IMG/VR virus record: IMGVR_UViG_3300011339_000664
Location: 1 to 27,167 of that record
Source: a virus
Taxonomy: Duplodnaviria; Caudoviricetes
Strand: one strand, 5' to 3'
DNA: 27,167 bases
Position numbers and translations under genes: made by a program. Every line of letters begins with the position of its first letter. The stretch's first letter is position 1. Under the pieces are notes generated by a model. It was not told the DNA's origin, made no database searches, and was given only the letters and a program-made list of their open reading frames with translations. This document shows, piece after piece, positions 24,760 to 27,167 of the stretch.

Positions 24760-25193
24760 GTCAACTCCTTCGCTTTAACTTGATTACCGACCGCGAACAT
24801 GGATGTCGCGTCGTCTTCAACTAATTCAGCTTCGGCATCTTCCACGTTGTCAGATTCTACTCGGTGGAAAGTCATGCACAAAGCATCCGTTTCGGCATAA
24901 ACCGCCCGTTTGGTGCCTGGTTTGCTGCATAGCAGCTTGGGGCCGGTCACAAACTGAACGCCCTCGTCGGTCGTAATCGCCACGGTCCCGCCCGCGATTA
25001 AGTAGAAATGTTCTTTTTTGTGGACCTTGCCGACTACCAGCACGCCCGCGTGGCGAAACACTTCGCGGCAGTACATTCCGCCGTGAAACGTGTGCTTGGT
25101 AATGGGCTCGTACTGCGGCATCTGAGACACCGCAGCTTGGAGCGCCTCCACCTTCTGGCGCATTTGGTCGGGCAGCGTAAGCGTTTCGGTCAT
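24756..25193 (-). CDS. Cupin-like beta-barrel protein (145 aa)
   Basis: HTFHGGMYCREV...VVGKVHKKEHFYLIAGG...SKPGTKRAVYAETD...TFH. ATGA-coupled on both sides. Confidence 0.7.
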   Translation of the reverse strand: MTETLTLPDQMRQKVEALQAAVSQMPQYEPITKHTFHGGMYCREVFRHAGVLVVGKVHKKEHFYLIAGGTVAITTDEGVQFVTGPKLLCSKPGTKRAVYAETDALCMTFHRVESDNVEDAEAELVEDDATSMFAVGNQVKAKELT

Positions 25194-27167
25194 AGTACAG
25201 CAATCACAAAAGCCAGCAATTCCTCGTAGCGCACGCCGTAGATTTCGGTGCCTTCCAGTTCGTCGCGGCAGAACATCCCGTAATTGGTAGCGTCCAGCCC
25301 CTCGGCTGCAAAGGCGTCGGCCAGTTCCTGCGCGTACACACCAATGTGGATGCGGGCTCCATCGCCCTTGGCGGCAACTGCATCGTTGAACTTGAAGGTC
25401 TTGATCAAACCCTTGACGCGGACAGCCACGGCGCGCTCGGCTTCAGATAGCGGTCGATCCTGCTGTTTCTGGCGGGCGTCGGATGTGTTGATAGTGCCAG
25501 TAGTAGCATAAACCGTAGTCCAGCGGAAGGACGGCGAGCCAAGGACATACGCGCCGTCAACAGAAGGGGCAAACCCAGTGCCAGGAGACACAAACACCGT
25601 GTTGCTTCCCAGCGTTGTGTTAGTTCCAACCGCGCCAACCGCCCCAGTGATTGAGCCTACATTGAGGCTGGCTATCGTAATAGTAGGCGATCCACTTAGC
25701 CCAGCAGCGGTGCCGGTAACGTTAATGCCCCAAGTTCCCGACGCCCCCGTACCTGTTGTGCTAGGCGCGCCGACAGTGTTGTAAGAAACAGTCAGCGCCG
25801 AGCCGCCGTTAAACGTGCTGCCCGAGCCGCCACCAGAACCGCCGTTGTTAAAAGTAACTGCGTTGGTGGTGGAACCAGTTGGAGTAGCCCAAGTACCGTC
25901 ATTGCGCAAGAAAGTAGATGTGCTGCCAGCAGGCGCAACAATAGCGTAAGAGTTCCAGTTAATTGACCCTGTACCCAAATACAGGCTTAACCAACGCAAA
26001 GTTGAGCCGCCCAAGTAATAAGTGTTATCTGCGGAAGGAGAAAAGCCAACTGTGGCCACTGCCGAAGCTACGCCGTTAAGTACAACGTTATTGCCAGACG
26101 CTGTAATGTTGGCGGTGCCAGAACCTACGTTGTAAGTTGTTGCGTAAACGTTGTTCCAATTTAAACCCGACGCGCCAAGATCGTTAGTGTTGTTGTTTAC
26201 ACCTTGCCAAGATGAGCCGTTAAGGATAACAGCGTTAGTTGAGTTACCTAATCCAACTGTTGATCCTGTAGATGTAACACTTGGGACAGTTGAGAATGTA
26301 CCTATGTTGGCGCCGTTAAAGTTTTGATTAACTGTCCAAGTATTGGCACTTCCAAAATTTATCGCTACGGTGCCTGTAGTAGTGATCGTCCCCCCAGTTA
26401 GGCCAGAACCCGCCGCAACAGATGTAACTGTGCCTGTCCCGTACCCTGCTGGGTTAGATGCAGGGTACGCACCAAGTGAAGTCAACGCGGCCCCAGCCGT
26501 AGTAGCGCCGGTACCGCCGTTAGCAATAGCAAGCGTACCGGCCAAGGTTATGGTTCCTGCGGTGGTAATTGGGCCGCCTGATGTTGTCAATCCTGTGGTG
26601 CCGCCAGATACGTCAACCGAAGTCACAGTACCACCGCCACCACCAGAACCACTTGCGGCAGCCGTGATGCGCCCTTGCGCGTCCACGGTAATATTGGCCG
26701 CCGTGTAGGTGCCTGCTGTTACTGCGGTATTTGCAAGAGCAATAGTGCCAGAACTTGTTATCGTACCTCCGCTTAAACCCGTACCCGCAATAATACTGGT
26801 CACTGTACCGCCGCCCGCAGGGGTTGCCCAGGTTCCATCATTACGCAAAAATGATGTTGTAGACCCTGCTGGCGCGGAAATAGCGTATGTGCCCCAAGTT
26901 AGCGCCGCCGTACCGCTTAAATACAGGCCTTTCCATTTAAGCGTGCTGCCGCCTAAATAATAGGTGTCATCCGTAACAGGGGCAAAACCAGCAGATGCCA
27001 CTGCCGCTGCTACACCATTAAGGTTAATGTTGTTGCCAGACGCCGTTATATTAGCAGTGCCTGACCCAATTCGGTAAGTAGTTGCGTAAACATTGTTCCA
27101 GTTGTAACTAGAAGCGCCAAGATCGTTAGTGTTGTTGCCAGCACCGCGCCAAGCTGCGGAAACAAGC
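25190..27167 (-). CDS. Tail fibre/spike with C-terminal peptidase S74 intramolecular chaperone, 5'-truncated by window end (>=658 aa)
   Basis: Frame stays open beyond the track start to the window edge ([19 protein letters not shown]...). Autocleavage motif TSDARQK, HIGVYAQEL and GVRYEEL; internal repeats. Confidence 0.9.
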   Translation of the reverse strand, partial: LVSAAWRGAGNNTNDLGASSYNWNNVYATTYRIGSGTANITASGNNINLNGVAAAVASAGFAPVTDDTYYLGGSTLKWKGLYLSGTAALTWGTYAISAPAGSTTSFLRNDGTWATPAGGGTVTSIIAGTGLSGGTITSSGTIALANTAVTAGTYTAANITVDAQGRITAAASGSGGGGGTVTSVDVSGGTTGLTTSGGPITTAGTITLAGTLAIANGGTGATTAGAALTSLGAYPASNPAGYGTGTVTSVAAGSGLTGGTITTTGTVAINFGSANTWTVNQNFNGANIGTFSTVPSVTSTGSTVGLGNSTNAVILNGSSWQGVNNNTNDLGASGLNWNNVYATTYNVGSGTANITASGNNVVLNGVASAVATVGFSPSADNTYYLGGSTLRWLSLYLGTGSINWNSYAIVAPAGSTSTFLRNDGTWATPTGSTTNAVTFNNGGSGGGSGSTFNGGSALTVSYNTVGAPSTTGTGASGTWGINVTGTAAGLSGSPTITIASLNVGSITGAVGAVGTNTTLGSNTVFVSPGTGFAPSVDGAYVLGSPSFRWTTVYATTGTINTSDARQKQQDRPLSEAERAVAVRVKGLIKTFKFNDAVAAKGDGARIHIGVYAQELADAFAAEGLDATNYGMFCRDELEGTEIYGVRYEELLAFVIAVL

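Noticed and set aside
25190-27167. Diversity-generating retroelement acting on the fibre repeats
   Set aside because: No reverse transcriptase in the window. The copies are in-frame coding modules differing mostly synonymously, not at adenines only.
1-27167. Window as a complete circular genome
   Set aside because: No terminal overlap, a direct join breaks the fibre reading frame, and capsid and neck genes are missing.
1-27167. Lysogeny module, tRNAs, DNA methyltransferase
   Set aside because: No integrase, CI-like repressor, cloverleaf or MTase motifs recognised. They could lie in the missing segment.

Overview
A 27-kb, apparently incomplete fragment of a tailed dsDNA phage genome, podovirus-like with a P22-type portal and ejection proteins. 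No rRNA, tRNA, CRISPR array, integrase or repressor was seen. There are five blocks. (1) Leftward packaging/head operon, 5989->1: terS, terL, a basic micro-protein, portal, a Dps/ferritin-like protein, an 88-aa beta protein and a fibre gene cut by the window start. (2) A non-coding control region (~5990-6745) with a late promoter, a 19-unit two-letter octamer array, inverted iteron-like repeats around an AT-rich core and an early promoter. It leads into a rightward early operon (6746-8935) headed by a Cys-rich radical-SAM-like (GP88/DUF7227-type) protein and followed by coupled micro-ORFs. (3) Leftward replication operon, 15185->8932: DUF2800/Cas4-like nuclease, SSB-like protein, family A DNA polymerase and RepB-type primase-helicase. 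(4) Rightward VRR-NUC, SNF2 helicase and small ORFs (15256-18262), sharing a symmetric bidirectional promoter with block 3. (5) Leftward tail end, 27167->18222: tail fibre with S74 chaperone, cupin, three ejection proteins and a lysis cassette. Capsid, scaffold and neck genes are absent, probably lying outside the window between the two related fibre genes. The most unusual signal is that the + strand from 6101 to 8881 contains no CTC and no CTTC while GGCC and CTAG are enriched. This suggests a first-injected 'stealth' leader region coupled to an uncharacterised Fe-S/SAM-like early protein. Family assignments are from motif recognition and counts were made by hand; no searches were run.
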